Source: a virus
IMG/VR virus record: IMGVR_UViG_3300034101_003424
Location: 28,767 to 92,766 of that record
Length of the DNA stretch: 64,000 bases
Direction: 5' to 3' (one strand)
The notes under the pieces were generated by a model. That model was not told the DNA's origin. It saw only the letters and a program-made list of their open reading frames with translations, and did not search any database. Shown piece by piece: positions 22,062 through 31,621 of this stretch. Numbering within the stretch: position 1 is the first letter of the stretch; the number at the start of each line of letters is the position of its first letter. The translations under genes and the position numbers were made by a program.

Positions 22062-23513
22062 ATGAGAATAGATAAAATCCAATTATCAGGGTCTTTACTA
22101 ATATCTTCAAGTTTATCTCGAAGTCCTTTACGAATAAATGATAACTATTTATATATAAACCCACAAGGTAACATAGGAATAGGAACTACAAATCCTACCT
22201 CAAAATTAGTAGTAACAGGTAGCATAGCAGTACAAGGACAATTAAGAGCAACAACATTATCAGGCTCATTCACAGGAAGCATTAAATTACCTACTATACC
22301 ACTAGGAACATCGGAGACAAATATAGTATTGGTAGATGGTAGTGGTGGTTTAGTATATAGAAGTAACCTATCTTTAACAGGAGCTCAAGGAACACAGGGT
22401 ACACAAGGAACACAGGGTACACAAGGAACACAAGGAACACAAGGTTTCCAAGGCAATCAAGGACCACAGGGAAACCAAGGTATTCAAGGAACTAACGGAA
22501 CAGTAGGAACTCAAGGTTTACAAGGTAACCAAGGACCTCAAGGTAATCAAGGACCTACCGGAATACAAGGTACAAACGGAGCTCAAGGTTTCCAAGGCAA
22601 TCAAGGCCCACAGGGAAACCAAGGACCAACAGGTATTCAAGGCACAGTAGGTACCAATGGAAACCAAGGCAATCAAGGACCTCAAGGTAATCAAGGACCT
22701 ACCGGAATACAAGGTACAGCAGGAACAAACGGAAACCAAGGTAATCAAGGACCTACCGGAATACAAGGTACAGTTGGCACACAAGGTTTTCAAGGCAGAC
22801 AAGGACCACAGGGTAATCAAGGCCCAACAGGAGTACAAGGTACAATAGGCTCTGCTGGTCCATCAGGCCCTCCCGGTCCTCCTGGCCCTCCCGGACCATC
22901 AGGAGGTACAGGTCCGCAAGGAGCAGTAGGACCAAATGGTAGAATTTCACCGAGTGGTATTACACAGGGATCTTATGGATCTATTTCTATATCTGGAACT
23001 ACAAATACTTATGCCGGTATTAACTTTAGTGACCCTTACATAACATTAATGGTAAATGTAGGAGCAACTGGATTTTATGTTAATAATAATTCATGGAGAG
23101 CATATTGGGATGCAAATGCTACCTTACAAAATTATGGCGACGTAATTGCTTATGCTTCTGACAAAAGATTAAAAAATAATATAAAAAATATTCCAAATGC
23201 TTTAAGTAAAGTATTAAGTATAAATGGTGTAAATTATAATTGGGATTTAGTTGAATGTAATAAATGGGGTTTTAATCCAAATGAATCAGATGTTGGGGTT
23301 ATAGCTCAAGAAGTACAAGAAGTATTACCCGAAGCAGTAAAATATGCTCCATTTGATAGAGACCCAATAAAAGGAACAGATAGTATATCGGGTAAAGATT
23401 ATTTAACAGTACAATACGATAAACTAATCCCCTTATTAATAGAAGCGATAAAAGAACAACAACAACAGATTAATGAGTTAAGTAGTGAAATAAAAATACT
23501 AAAAGAAAAATAA
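22062..23513 (+). CDS. Collagen-like tail fibre with S74 chaperone
   Basis: GNIGIGTTNP, G-X-Q stalk, SDKRLKNNI...GVIAQEVQ..LPEAV...[14 protein letters not shown]. Confidence 0.85.
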   Translation: MRIDKIQLSGSLLISSSLSRSPLRINDNYLYINPQGNIGIGTTNPTSKLVVTGSIAVQGQLRATTLSGSFTGSIKLPTIPLGTSETNIVLVDGSGGLVYRSNLSLTGAQGTQGTQGTQGTQGTQGTQGFQGNQGPQGNQGIQGTNGTVGTQGLQGNQGPQGNQGPTGIQGTNGAQGFQGNQGPQGNQGPTGIQGTVGTNGNQGNQGPQGNQGPTGIQGTAGTNGNQGNQGPTGIQGTVGTQGFQGRQGPQGNQGPTGVQGTIGSAGPSGPPGPPGPPGPSGGTGPQGAVGPNGRISPSGITQGSYGSISISGTTNTYAGINFSDPYITLMVNVGATGFYVNNNSWRAYWDANATLQNYGDVIAYASDKRLKNNIKNIPNALSKVLSINGVNYNWDLVECNKWGFNPNESDVGVIAQEVQEVLPEAVKYAPFDRDPIKGTDSISGKDYLTVQYDKLIPLLIEAIKEQQQQINELSSEIKILKEK

Positions 23514-23514
23514 C

Positions 23515-24492
23515 ATGCCTTTACCAAGTAGCGGACAAATATCATTTTCACAATTAGCAGCTGAATTAGGAAACGCATGTTCAAATGTAAGTCTTAGAAG
23601 TTATTCCGCTTGTGCAAATTTAACATCTCCTGATGGTATTACTGAGTTGTATGGTAAATCTTGTATACCTACTTATGGAGCAGGTACTTGGTCGAGTGGG
23701 GGGGCAATGATAACGGCACGATTTTCTTTAGCAGGAGCAGGAACACAAAATGCAGGACTTGCAGTAGGAGGTACTACAGGTACTGATGTATCCTCTACCG
23801 AAGAATACAATGGCACATCTTGGTCAGCAGGAGGGGGATTGATAGTGGCAAGAAGATTTGTAGCAGGAGCAGGAACACAAAATGAAGGACTTGCGTTTGG
23901 GGGTTTTTCAAATGCAAATTTATCTTGTACAGAGGAGTATAACGGTACATCTTGGTCAACAGGTGGTGCATTAGCTACAGCACGATATGGCCTACTTGCA
24001 GGAGCAGGAACGCAAAATGCAGGACTTGTGGCGGGAGGAGGTGGCTGTCTAAGTAATACAGAAGAATACAATGGCACATCTTGGTCAGCAGGAGGGGGAT
24101 TGATAGTGGGGAGAGGTTGTTTAGCAGGAGCAGGAACACAAAATGCAGGACTTGCGTTTGGGGGTTTTTCAAATGAAAATTTATCTTGTACAGAGGAGTA
24201 TAACGGTACATCTTGGTCAACAGGTGGGGCATTGATAAATGCAAGAAGAGTATTAGCAGGAGCAGGTACTCAAAATGAAGGTCTTGCAACAGGTGGTTTT
24301 CCAAGAACCTCTTCTACAGAAGAATACAATGGCACATCATGGTCATCAGGAGGGGCATTAATTACGGCAAGAAATAATTTAGCGGGAGCAGGAACGCAAA
24401 ATGCAGGACTTGCGTTTGGGGGTTTTAGTGGTGTCTATTCATCTTGCACCGAAGAATATACAAAATCAGTAATAAGTATATGTTTAGGATAA
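23515..24492 (+). CDS. Kelch-like propeller protein with MPLPSSGQIS N-terminus
   Basis: Six repeats; N-terminus of a type recalled from adhesins following S74 fibres. Confidence 0.75.
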   Translation: MPLPSSGQISFSQLAAELGNACSNVSLRSYSACANLTSPDGITELYGKSCIPTYGAGTWSSGGAMITARFSLAGAGTQNAGLAVGGTTGTDVSSTEEYNGTSWSAGGGLIVARRFVAGAGTQNEGLAFGGFSNANLSCTEEYNGTSWSTGGALATARYGLLAGAGTQNAGLVAGGGGCLSNTEEYNGTSWSAGGGLIVGRGCLAGAGTQNAGLAFGGFSNENLSCTEEYNGTSWSTGGALINARRVLAGAGTQNEGLATGGFPRTSSTEEYNGTSWSSGGALITARNNLAGAGTQNAGLAFGGFSGVYSSCTEEYTKSVISICLG

Positions 24493-24513
24493 AAAATAAT
24501 AAAACAAAACAAA

Positions 24514-25047
24514 ATGCCTTCAAAAACAGAAAAACAACAAAAATTCTTTCAGATAGTAAAAGCCTATAAAGATAAGAAAATGTCAGCAGCGGAAGTAGGA
24601 AAAAATGTAGAAGATGCAGCTAAAGACATGTCAGATAAAGAAGTGGACAAATATTCAAAATTGACAAAGGAAGATATTGATGAACTAAGAGAATTATTAA
24701 ACATGAAAAAAGAAAATGTAATGCCTAATGTAAAACCTAATGATGCAGAAAATGCAGAAGAAGGTAAGATGGCAAAAAATCAAGCTAAAGACATTATGAA
24801 ATATGCTTTAGAGATTCACAAGATGATAAATGAAAGAGATGATTTACCAGAATGGGTTGAATCTAAAATAACAAAAGCTCACGATTACATGACAACCCTA
24901 TGTCAATACATGTCAAATGAATTAGAAAAGGATTCTAATGCATTTAAAAAGACAGATGAGGCATATTACAGTAGAAAGCCTAAGAGTGGAAAAGTTGGAG
25001 GCATTGGTAGATTAGTAGGAGCTGCCATGTCGATAGGAAAGAAATAA
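24514..25047 (+). CDS. Hypothetical (possible head-associated) protein
   Basis: MPSKTEKQQKFF N-terminus and LPEWVESKITKAHDY motif. Confidence 0.6.
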   Translation: MPSKTEKQQKFFQIVKAYKDKKMSAAEVGKNVEDAAKDMSDKEVDKYSKLTKEDIDELRELLNMKKENVMPNVKPNDAENAEEGKMAKNQAKDIMKYALEIHKMINERDDLPEWVESKITKAHDYMTTLCQYMSNELEKDSNAFKKTDEAYYSRKPKSGKVGGIGRLVGAAMSIGKK

Positions 25048-25088
25048 GATGTTTTATATATTTTTTTGGATTTAAACAATGTGATAAA

Positions 25089-25973
25089 ATGCAAGACATG
25101 GATTTAATAAAAAGAATTCAAGAGTTTTTTGGATTTAATAAAACTGGGCAATATGATCCGTTAACAGAAGCTGCGGTAAAGAATGTTCAAAGAAGTAATG
25201 AAGTTTATCCCGACGGAAAATTAGATGATTATACAGTCAATCTTATTTTTGAAGGAGAGCTTACAACTGATTTTTTAAGTAGAGTAGAGGTGTCTGGAGA
25301 TTTAGTTATTGACCGGAGACACATGCCGGATAAAGAATACATAAAAACAGAAACAAAAAAAGAGTATATATTCTTACATCACACAGCAGGTTGGGATAAT
25401 CCGTATAATGTTATTCATGGATGGGCTACTGATACTCGAGGCAGAGTAGGAACCCAATATGTTATCGGAGGTCAGAATGTTACAAATGTTTCCCATAAGT
25501 ACGATGGAGTAATTGTAGAGGCCTTCCCAAAAGAATACTACGCATATCATTTAGGAATCGGAGCTACTTACATGCACTCTAGGTCTGTAGGCATAGAACT
25601 TTGCAACTTCGGATATTTAACAAAGGAAGGTACTAAATTCTACACCTACACAAAAAGAGAAGTTCACCCTAGCCAAGTAGTAACGCTAAAAAAAGACTTT
25701 AGAGGATTTAGACATTTTCATAGGTATTCTGACAATCAAATATCTGCATTGAAAAAATTGCTTATAAAAATATCTAATGATCACTCTATCGACTTAAAAG
25801 GAGGACTATACACTTATTTTAATTCACAAGACCCATTCGTAGCTTTAGACTATAAAGATGATGTGAAAAAAGGTCTTGTAAAAGGTGTATTCTCTCATAC
25901 AAACGTTATCATGTCCGGTAAATGGGATATTTTCCCGCAGGATGAAATGATTGATATGATAAGAAGCATTTAA
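25089..25973 (+). CDS. N-acetylmuramoyl-L-alanine amidase with N-terminal peptidoglycan-binding region (endolysin-like)
   Basis: IFLHHTAG, AYHLG, SVGIELCN, SH...K.D; TG.YD..TEAAVK.VQ N-terminus. Confidence 0.8.
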   Translation: MQDMDLIKRIQEFFGFNKTGQYDPLTEAAVKNVQRSNEVYPDGKLDDYTVNLIFEGELTTDFLSRVEVSGDLVIDRRHMPDKEYIKTETKKEYIFLHHTAGWDNPYNVIHGWATDTRGRVGTQYVIGGQNVTNVSHKYDGVIVEAFPKEYYAYHLGIGATYMHSRSVGIELCNFGYLTKEGTKFYTYTKREVHPSQVVTLKKDFRGFRHFHRYSDNQISALKKLLIKISNDHSIDLKGGLYTYFNSQDPFVALDYKDDVKKGLVKGVFSHTNVIMSGKWDIFPQDEMIDMIRSI

Positions 25974-26548
25974 TTAACTGGGTCATACGTTTCTGATTTT
26001 TTTGGATTTCTTATTTTTTTACTTGGTGGTAGGTAGAAATTATCTTCTTTACCATCTACTTCTTTTGATAGGTCATAAATATTTCCCATGACTTCAAAAG
26101 GGCATATCAAGTGAGTTAAATCTTCATTCGAGAAATTATGTCCTATGATTTTTTGTATCTCCTTAAGTTTATCTTTTGTTATGTTACTAATAATGTTTAA
26201 TCTTTTGAGTTCTTGATATCTGTATAATGGATAGTCCCCGCAGAAAAATTGCAGAGTAACCGGATTCCATCTTACCCTCTCGAGCTTCATATATAGCTTG
26301 TAATCAACTCCAAGGTATCTACTAAGTATGTTATCATTTTCATAGATTCGATTCCCCAGGGAGTCTCTAAACCCCGTCCACGCATCACAGGACTCAAGAG
26401 AAAATCCTCGAGGAGTTCCAGCATAGACATATCCTAAATCCTTATTATCGGTATCAAATATGTTTTCAAATACTTCAATGATTTCACCTTTCTTTAATTC
26501 CGCAAAACTTTTTTCCGCTCTAAATCTCAGTCTAAAAATAGTCTCCAT
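25970..26548 (-). CDS. YopX-like protein
   Basis: TGFRDSLGNRIYENDNI and EVMGNIYD; start moved to METIF. Confidence 0.65.
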   Translation of the reverse strand: METIFRLRFRAEKSFAELKKGEIIEVFENIFDTDNKDLGYVYAGTPRGFSLESCDAWTGFRDSLGNRIYENDNILSRYLGVDYKLYMKLERVRWNPVTLQFFCGDYPLYRYQELKRLNIISNITKDKLKEIQKIIGHNFSNEDLTHLICPFEVMGNIYDLSKEVDGKEDNFYLPPSKKIRNPKKSETYDPVN

Positions 26549-26660
26549 AGTATGTTCATGTTTTAAAATAAATAATAAGTGCGAATATAGTAAAAACAAT
26601 TGACTTACGCAACTATTTTATCATTTTTACGTTAAATAATTGTTTATAGACTTGTATATC

Positions 26661-27338
26661 ATGATTATATCTCATAAATATAAATGTATCTTCATAAGAA
26701 TCCCCAAGACTGGTTCAACTAGCGTAGAGACCTATTTGAAGGAAGTTGACCCGGATTGTATTTCATCAGATGACAAACCTCCGTATGGACACGAAACATG
26801 TTCACAGTTGATAGAAAAACATGGTCATACAATATGGAACTCTTATTATAAATTTACCTTCATACGCGAACCTTATCAATGGTACAAATCATATTACTCA
26901 GATCTCTTAAATTATTCTTGGGATGAAGGTAGTGAATTAGCTAAAAAAAGTTTAGATTTATTTTTGACAGATTATAACACCTTACCGGAACCTGTCAATG
27001 GAACATTACATGAGAAGCACATCATGATAATCCAATTACTAAATGATTTTTGGTTCTATCCTTCTATATACGATAAAATAATGGATAATCATGTGACTCA
27101 AATATCATGGATAGATAAGCCCATTAATTTCATAGGACGTACAGAATTTTTAGATGATGATTTCAAAGATGTATGCAACAAATTAAATATTCCGTTTACA
27201 GAACTAAAGAGATTAAATACATCAGATTCTCATAAATTAAATCATAGTGAAGGATCAAAAAGATTAATTAAATGTTTAGCAGAGAAGGACTTAGAATTAT
27301 ATTACAACATAAAACCGATAACAAATAATCGTTATTAA
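26661..27338 (+). CDS. Sulfotransferase family 2 protein
   Basis: MIISHKYKCIFIRIPKTGSTS, FIREPY, FIGRTE. Confidence 0.8.
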   Translation: MIISHKYKCIFIRIPKTGSTSVETYLKEVDPDCISSDDKPPYGHETCSQLIEKHGHTIWNSYYKFTFIREPYQWYKSYYSDLLNYSWDEGSELAKKSLDLFLTDYNTLPEPVNGTLHEKHIMIIQLLNDFWFYPSIYDKIMDNHVTQISWIDKPINFIGRTEFLDDDFKDVCNKLNIPFTELKRLNTSDSHKLNHSEGSKRLIKCLAEKDLELYYNIKPITNNRY

Positions 27339-27404
27339 TGTGTAATTATATAAAAAAGTAAATTTATAGCAAAATAACACTATTTATAATAAAACGCTTT
27401 AATT

Positions 27405-27713
27405 ATGGGCAGACCTAGAAAAACAGAAATAGATTCGAAAAAAGAAATAAAGACGAATCAAGAAGTTAAAAAGCAAAAGAAAGCACCCCCTGTAAATAAG
27501 ACAAGAGAGGATGCATCGGGTTTTAGAACTACATTCCCTCCGGAGCATGTGTATAAAATCAAGGTAACTACTTCTAAGGGAGAACAAGTAATAGTTACCG
27601 AAAATGTGTCACAGATAGTAGAGGCAATTAAAAAAGCAAAACAAGCAGAGAAATCTATATTACATAAATTAAAAGATGCTACACTAAGTTTTTTCAGAGG
27701 ATTTAAAAAATAG
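27405..27713 (+). CDS. Basic hypothetical protein
   Basis: GRPRK N-terminus; TATTTATA upstream. Confidence 0.6.
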   Translation: MGRPRKTEIDSKKEIKTNQEVKKQKKAPPVNKTREDASGFRTTFPPEHVYKIKVTTSKGEQVIVTENVSQIVEAIKKAKQAEKSILHKLKDATLSFFRGFKK

Positions 27714-27719
27714 TTTTAC

Positions 27720-28244
27720 ATGAGTGGTATTATCATTACCGATTATTTGAGAAGATATTTACGAAAAGATTTAGATAACTTTCATAAATACTTGCAGATT
27801 ATAGCAGAGGAAGGAGCGAATTATAGTGACCGGTTAATTCGCCGCAGGGATAAATTACATCTAAATGCTATTAAAGGATTGTTTGCATTTGTCGTAGATT
27901 CTAAAACATTTAATGACATCTCTTCCGCAGATAGAATATATTTTCTAATTGATGCCATGTATTATTATTTCCCATTCGGAAGACATGAGAAGATGAAAAA
28001 AGATGAAGCATTCATTTATGATGTTTTTATCAAGGAATGTAGGAAAGAAGATGTATTGAGGAGACCGGAGTATGAAAAATGGTTAGTTAAAAAAAAGGGC
28101 GGGGATTATTGGAAATGGATGCATCAGATACTAGGAGCAGAGTGGGAAGAATCTAAAAATGAATCAATGAAAATGAAAAAAGCATATAAAGAAAGAGTAA
28201 AGAATAAAGATTTAAGAAACCAATCCATAAACCCAGAAACATGA
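27720..28244 (+). CDS. Hypothetical protein
   Basis: 174-aa ORF in operon. Confidence 0.6.
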   Translation: MSGIIITDYLRRYLRKDLDNFHKYLQIIAEEGANYSDRLIRRRDKLHLNAIKGLFAFVVDSKTFNDISSADRIYFLIDAMYYYFPFGRHEKMKKDEAFIYDVFIKECRKEDVLRRPEYEKWLVKKKGGDYWKWMHQILGAEWEESKNESMKMKKAYKERVKNKDLRNQSINPET

Positions 28245-28558
28245 ATTATAATGATGAAGACTTTCTAAGAAGAATAGTAGGCGTAGGAACCTTAGGATAC
28301 TCATTAGAAAAAATAATGAATGTATTAGATATTCCTACATCTGATATGAAATCATTTACAGATGAATTTTACAATAAGAACAGTGAAGTATATAGAGCAT
28401 ACAAGAAAGGAATAGACAAAGCAGATTACGTCATAGATATGAAACTATTTGAAGAAGCTAAAAGTGGAAACATAAGAGCTTTAAAAAAATATGAAGAAAG
28501 AAAAGATAAAGAGATATATAGACAACGGAGAGCCCAAACATTAAAAGATGAAGAATAA
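28241..28558 (+). CDS. Hypothetical protein (small-terminase-like helical pattern)
   Basis: AYKKG...LFEEAKSGNIRA pattern; weak. Confidence 0.45.
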   Translation: MNYNDEDFLRRIVGVGTLGYSLEKIMNVLDIPTSDMKSFTDEFYNKNSEVYRAYKKGIDKADYVIDMKLFEEAKSGNIRALKKYEERKDKEIYRQRRAQTLKDEE

Positions 28559-29162
28559 TATTACATACATAGACATAAATAAATTATCAGAGAATCCAAG
28601 AAACAGTAAGATACATCCGGATGAACAGATAGCAAAGTTAATGAAGAGCATCACAGAGTTCGGATTTAACATTCCTATCCTCATTGATAAGAAAAACATG
28701 ATTATTGCTGGACATGCTCGATTCCTGGCAGCAAAAGCATTACATATAGATTCTATTCCTGCAATCCGTATTGAGAATTTAACTGATGATCAAATAAGAG
28801 CTTATTCCATAGCAGATAATAAGCTAACTGAATTAGGAGAATGGGACTATACAAAGTTAAGCGATGAATTAGAGTATCTCAATTCTGTTGACATAGATGC
28901 AATGGCCATGGGATTTGATTATGAAGATTTTGAAATGCTAAATGAATCTTTCCAAAATGATGATGACATCTTATCTGCCACTAAATCAGAACCATCTTCT
29001 CCATCAAAAAATAAAAAAAGCATTGTCTTCTCTTACAATATAGAAGATTATACAAACATGATGAAGAAATTCAAGACAGTAATGAATGAGAACGACATAA
29101 AAGCTAATGCAGAAGTTATAAGATTATTGATTGAACACTATAATGAAAGACATGATGGGTAA
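28548..29162 (+). CDS. ParB/Srx N-terminal domain protein
   Basis: NPRN..H...QI..L..SI.EFGF..PILID....IIAGHAR...ADNKL. Confidence 0.8.
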   Translation: MKNNITYIDINKLSENPRNSKIHPDEQIAKLMKSITEFGFNIPILIDKKNMIIAGHARFLAAKALHIDSIPAIRIENLTDDQIRAYSIADNKLTELGEWDYTKLSDELEYLNSVDIDAMAMGFDYEDFEMLNESFQNDDDILSATKSEPSSPSKNKKSIVFSYNIEDYTNMMKKFKTVMNENDIKANAEVIRLLIEHYNERHDG

Positions 29163-29730
29163 ATTAAATATAGAAATTGTTGACATTGATGATATAAAAG
29201 AATCTAATTATAACTCGAGAATACATAGCGAAGCTCAAGTAGAGAAGATTGCGAGTAGCATAGCAGAATTTGGCTTTGTTAACCCCATTATAATAGACGA
29301 CGAAAATGAGATTATAGCAGGCCATGGTAGATTTATGGCGGCCAAGCATTTAAATCTTAATGAGGTACCTACTATAAAACTTACCCACCTTACAGACGAT
29401 AAAAAGAGAGCATTCATCATAGCAGACAATAAGATAGCTCTTTCCGGAGAATGGGATTACGACATGCTGAAAGAAGAGTTCGATATTATACTAAAGAGCG
29501 AAATGGATATTGACTTACTAGGTTTTAACAGAAAGTTTATAGATTCCATGTTTAAAGAGAAAGATGCTGACGTTAAGGTCGTACATAAATTAAAGACGCT
29601 AAAAATAAACTTTGACGCAGATGATTATGACACTACGCTAGATTCAATGAGAGATATTATGGATAAAGAAGGATGCGTAGACCATGAAGAAGTACTGGTT
29701 AGGTTATTAGATTTTTACCTAAGAAGTTAA
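29152..29730 (+). CDS. ParB/Srx N-terminal domain protein (paralog)
   Basis: NSRIHSEAQV..IASSI.EFGFVNPIIID...IAGHGR...ADNKI. Confidence 0.8.
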   Translation: MMGKLNIEIVDIDDIKESNYNSRIHSEAQVEKIASSIAEFGFVNPIIIDDENEIIAGHGRFMAAKHLNLNEVPTIKLTHLTDDKKRAFIIADNKIALSGEWDYDMLKEEFDIILKSEMDIDLLGFNRKFIDSMFKEKDADVKVVHKLKTLKINFDADDYDTTLDSMRDIMDKEGCVDHEEVLVRLLDFYLRS

Positions 29731-29766
29731 TTTTTACAACAAAGTACAATATTTATATAAAAAGCT

Positions 29767-30132
29767 ATGATAAACGAATATATTGGATTTTTACTGCACT
29801 CAAGCACTCAAACAAGAGTATATCATTTACAAACTTCTTCTTACGCCAAACATAAAGCACTCAATAAGTACTACGACAAAATATTAGATTTAGTAGATAC
29901 ATTAGCAGAAGCTTATCAAGGTAAATATGGTATAATCAAAGATATTAAAGTACCTGGAAGTGTTGATAATATAAAAACAGATGAGGACATTGTAAAATAC
30001 TTCGGCACTTTATCCAACTACGTAGATAACAAAGTAAAAGATTTACCTGAGGATACATATCTTAGAAACATTTGCGACGAAATTGCTACTCTAATATATC
30101 AAACGACTTACTTACTTAAGAATCTTGATTAA
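29767..30132 (+). CDS. Ferritin/Dps-like protein (DUF5856-like)
   Basis: H.QT.SYAKHKAL..YYD....D.LAEAYQG. Confidence 0.65.
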   Translation: MINEYIGFLLHSSTQTRVYHLQTSSYAKHKALNKYYDKILDLVDTLAEAYQGKYGIIKDIKVPGSVDNIKTDEDIVKYFGTLSNYVDNKVKDLPEDTYLRNICDEIATLIYQTTYLLKNLD

Positions 30133-30367
30133 ACAGGGATAGATAGTAGTGGCTTCCATTACCCTCACCTGTTTTACCATTTTCGTAAGCATTTTCAATC
30201 ATTTCCTTTTCTTCTGGGAGTTGTTTGTATATAATAGATACTAATTCTAACATTACATCTAATCTACCTAAATGGAAAGAAGGATCATTCGAGACCTCTG
30301 ACAAAGCACTGTACTGATTTTTCTTTGTTTCTGCCCAATATAAAATATTCTCTAAAGGTGTTTTCAT
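30116..30367 (-). CDS. Hypothetical protein
   Basis: 83-aa ORF, EKEMIENAY motif. Confidence 0.6.
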   Translation of the reverse strand: MKTPLENILYWAETKKNQYSALSEVSNDPSFHLGRLDVMLELVSIIYKQLPEEKEMIENAYENGKTGEGNGSHYYLSLFNQDS

Positions 30368-30380
30368 AAAGATTAAATTG

Positions 30381-30405
30381 AAAAGGCCCGCTAAAAGCAG
30401 GCCTT
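30381..30405 (-). terminator. Intrinsic terminator
   Basis: AAGGCCTGC-TTTA-GCGGGCCTT hairpin plus T-run on - strand. Confidence 0.6.
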
Positions 30406-30409
30406 AGTG

Positions 30410-30853
30410 TTATTTAAAAATATTGTTATTTGGGTCATTTATTCTTTCCGGGAAAAAAGAAAATCCACTCATATCAAAAGGAGCTGCTGTAATAAAGGCA
30501 TCACAAAAACCTGCTTTTTTTAGTTTATCTAAATCTATGGCAGCTTTATTGTAAGAGTTATACATACGAGCATAATAGTAATAGTTCTGAATCCCTAACT
30601 TTATTTTAATTATTTCGGGACCCGATTTTACAGACCTATCGTATAATCCTACTCTAATCATATAAATAGGAACTTCATAAGTATCCATTTCTATACTACA
30701 AGGAGCAGGAGCTCTTTTTTTGTACTCGATGGTCACACATACAATACTGTCGATTGATTTTCTAACAGGATTATTAAAACTGAAATACTGAGAAAAACCT
30801 TTTACAGTAGAAAACAATAACATAAAAACAAATAATCTCTTCATTTTAATCAT
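30410..30853 (-). CDS. Secreted SPOR-domain-like protein
   Basis: Signal peptide; YMIRVGLY...LKKAGFCDAFI. Confidence 0.5.
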   Translation of the reverse strand: MIKMKRLFVFMLLFSTVKGFSQYFSFNNPVRKSIDSIVCVTIEYKKRAPAPCSIEMDTYEVPIYMIRVGLYDRSVKSGPEIIKIKLGIQNYYYYARMYNSYNKAAIDLDKLKKAGFCDAFITAAPFDMSGFSFFPERINDPNNNIFK

Positions 30854-31139
30854 TTTTTAACATATACAAATAAGCATTATCAAAATAAGGAACCTCCTTT
30901 TTTATACACACATAGGAACCAGAGGCATATAAATTGACTACATCTTCTTTTGATTCCCAATTCTCATGCCCCCACCTTTTTGCCAATCCGGTTAATTCTT
31001 CAAGACCTCCCCATTTAACTGTTTTAGGATAACCTTTCACGTCCTCTGCTTCAAATATAAACGTTTCTTCCGCCAAGTAAGAAGTAGAAGCAATAATAAA
31101 TTTAGGTAAATCCCTTTTTAAATCTGGTGATTGTAACAT
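30846..31139 (-). CDS. Hypothetical protein
   Basis: 97-aa ORF in operon. Confidence 0.5.
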   Translation of the reverse strand: MLQSPDLKRDLPKFIIASTSYLAEETFIFEAEDVKGYPKTVKWGGLEELTGLAKRWGHENWESKEDVVNLYASGSYVCIKKEVPYFDNAYLYMLKND

Positions 31140-31621
31140 AATAAATTTAAGTTTGTGAATTTATAACATTCTTTTACTTTTAGAGAAGTATCCATAAATA
31201 GACGAAGGTACTTTGAATCAAAAAATAACAAATCATCTACATCATCCGGATCCTCCGAATCTAAATACTTAAAATCAAAAATAACTTGTTCCATTTCTCC
31301 TTGTTCATCCAAATGTACTTCACTGTCATACCAACCCGTAGGAGGATATAAAAAATATACATTTTCTATTTTATCTGAAACAAGTCCAATTTTTGAAATT
31401 CCTTTGTTGTCAAATTCATTTTCCTGAATTATCTTAGCATCTTTTCCTGGATATACTAAAGATTCTATTCTTAGCTCTCCATTTATTTTATGCATGATTT
31501 CATCAAAAATTATGGTCTTGTCATAATTCTCTTTTCCGTACAAATTTTTTCTGAAAATAGAAGCATACTCTTCACTTCCAATAACTCCCTCAATATAAAA
31601 AACACCTTTAGATCTCTTCAT
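31118..31621 (-). CDS. Hypothetical protein
   Basis: 167-aa ORF in operon. Confidence 0.6.
   Translation of the reverse strand: MKRSKGVFYIEGVIGSEEYASIFRKNLYGKENYDKTIIFDEIMHKINGELRIESLVYPGKDAKIIQENEFDNKGISKIGLVSDKIENVYFLYPPTGWYDSEVHLDEQGEMEQVIFDFKYLDSEDPDDVDDLLFFDSKYLRLFMDTSLKVKECYKFTNLNLLCYNHQI

Noticed and set aside
6367-24304. Many antisense or alternate-frame ORFs over collagen and Kelch repeats (e.g. 6812-7273, 11842-12381, 20191-21051)
   Set aside because: Shadow ORFs arising from repetitive, stop-poor coding sequence on the other strand or frame.
11375-24492. Diversity-generating retroelement acting on the propeller repeats
   Set aside because: No reverse transcriptase in the window, differences are not restricted to adenines, and no non-coding template repeat is evident.
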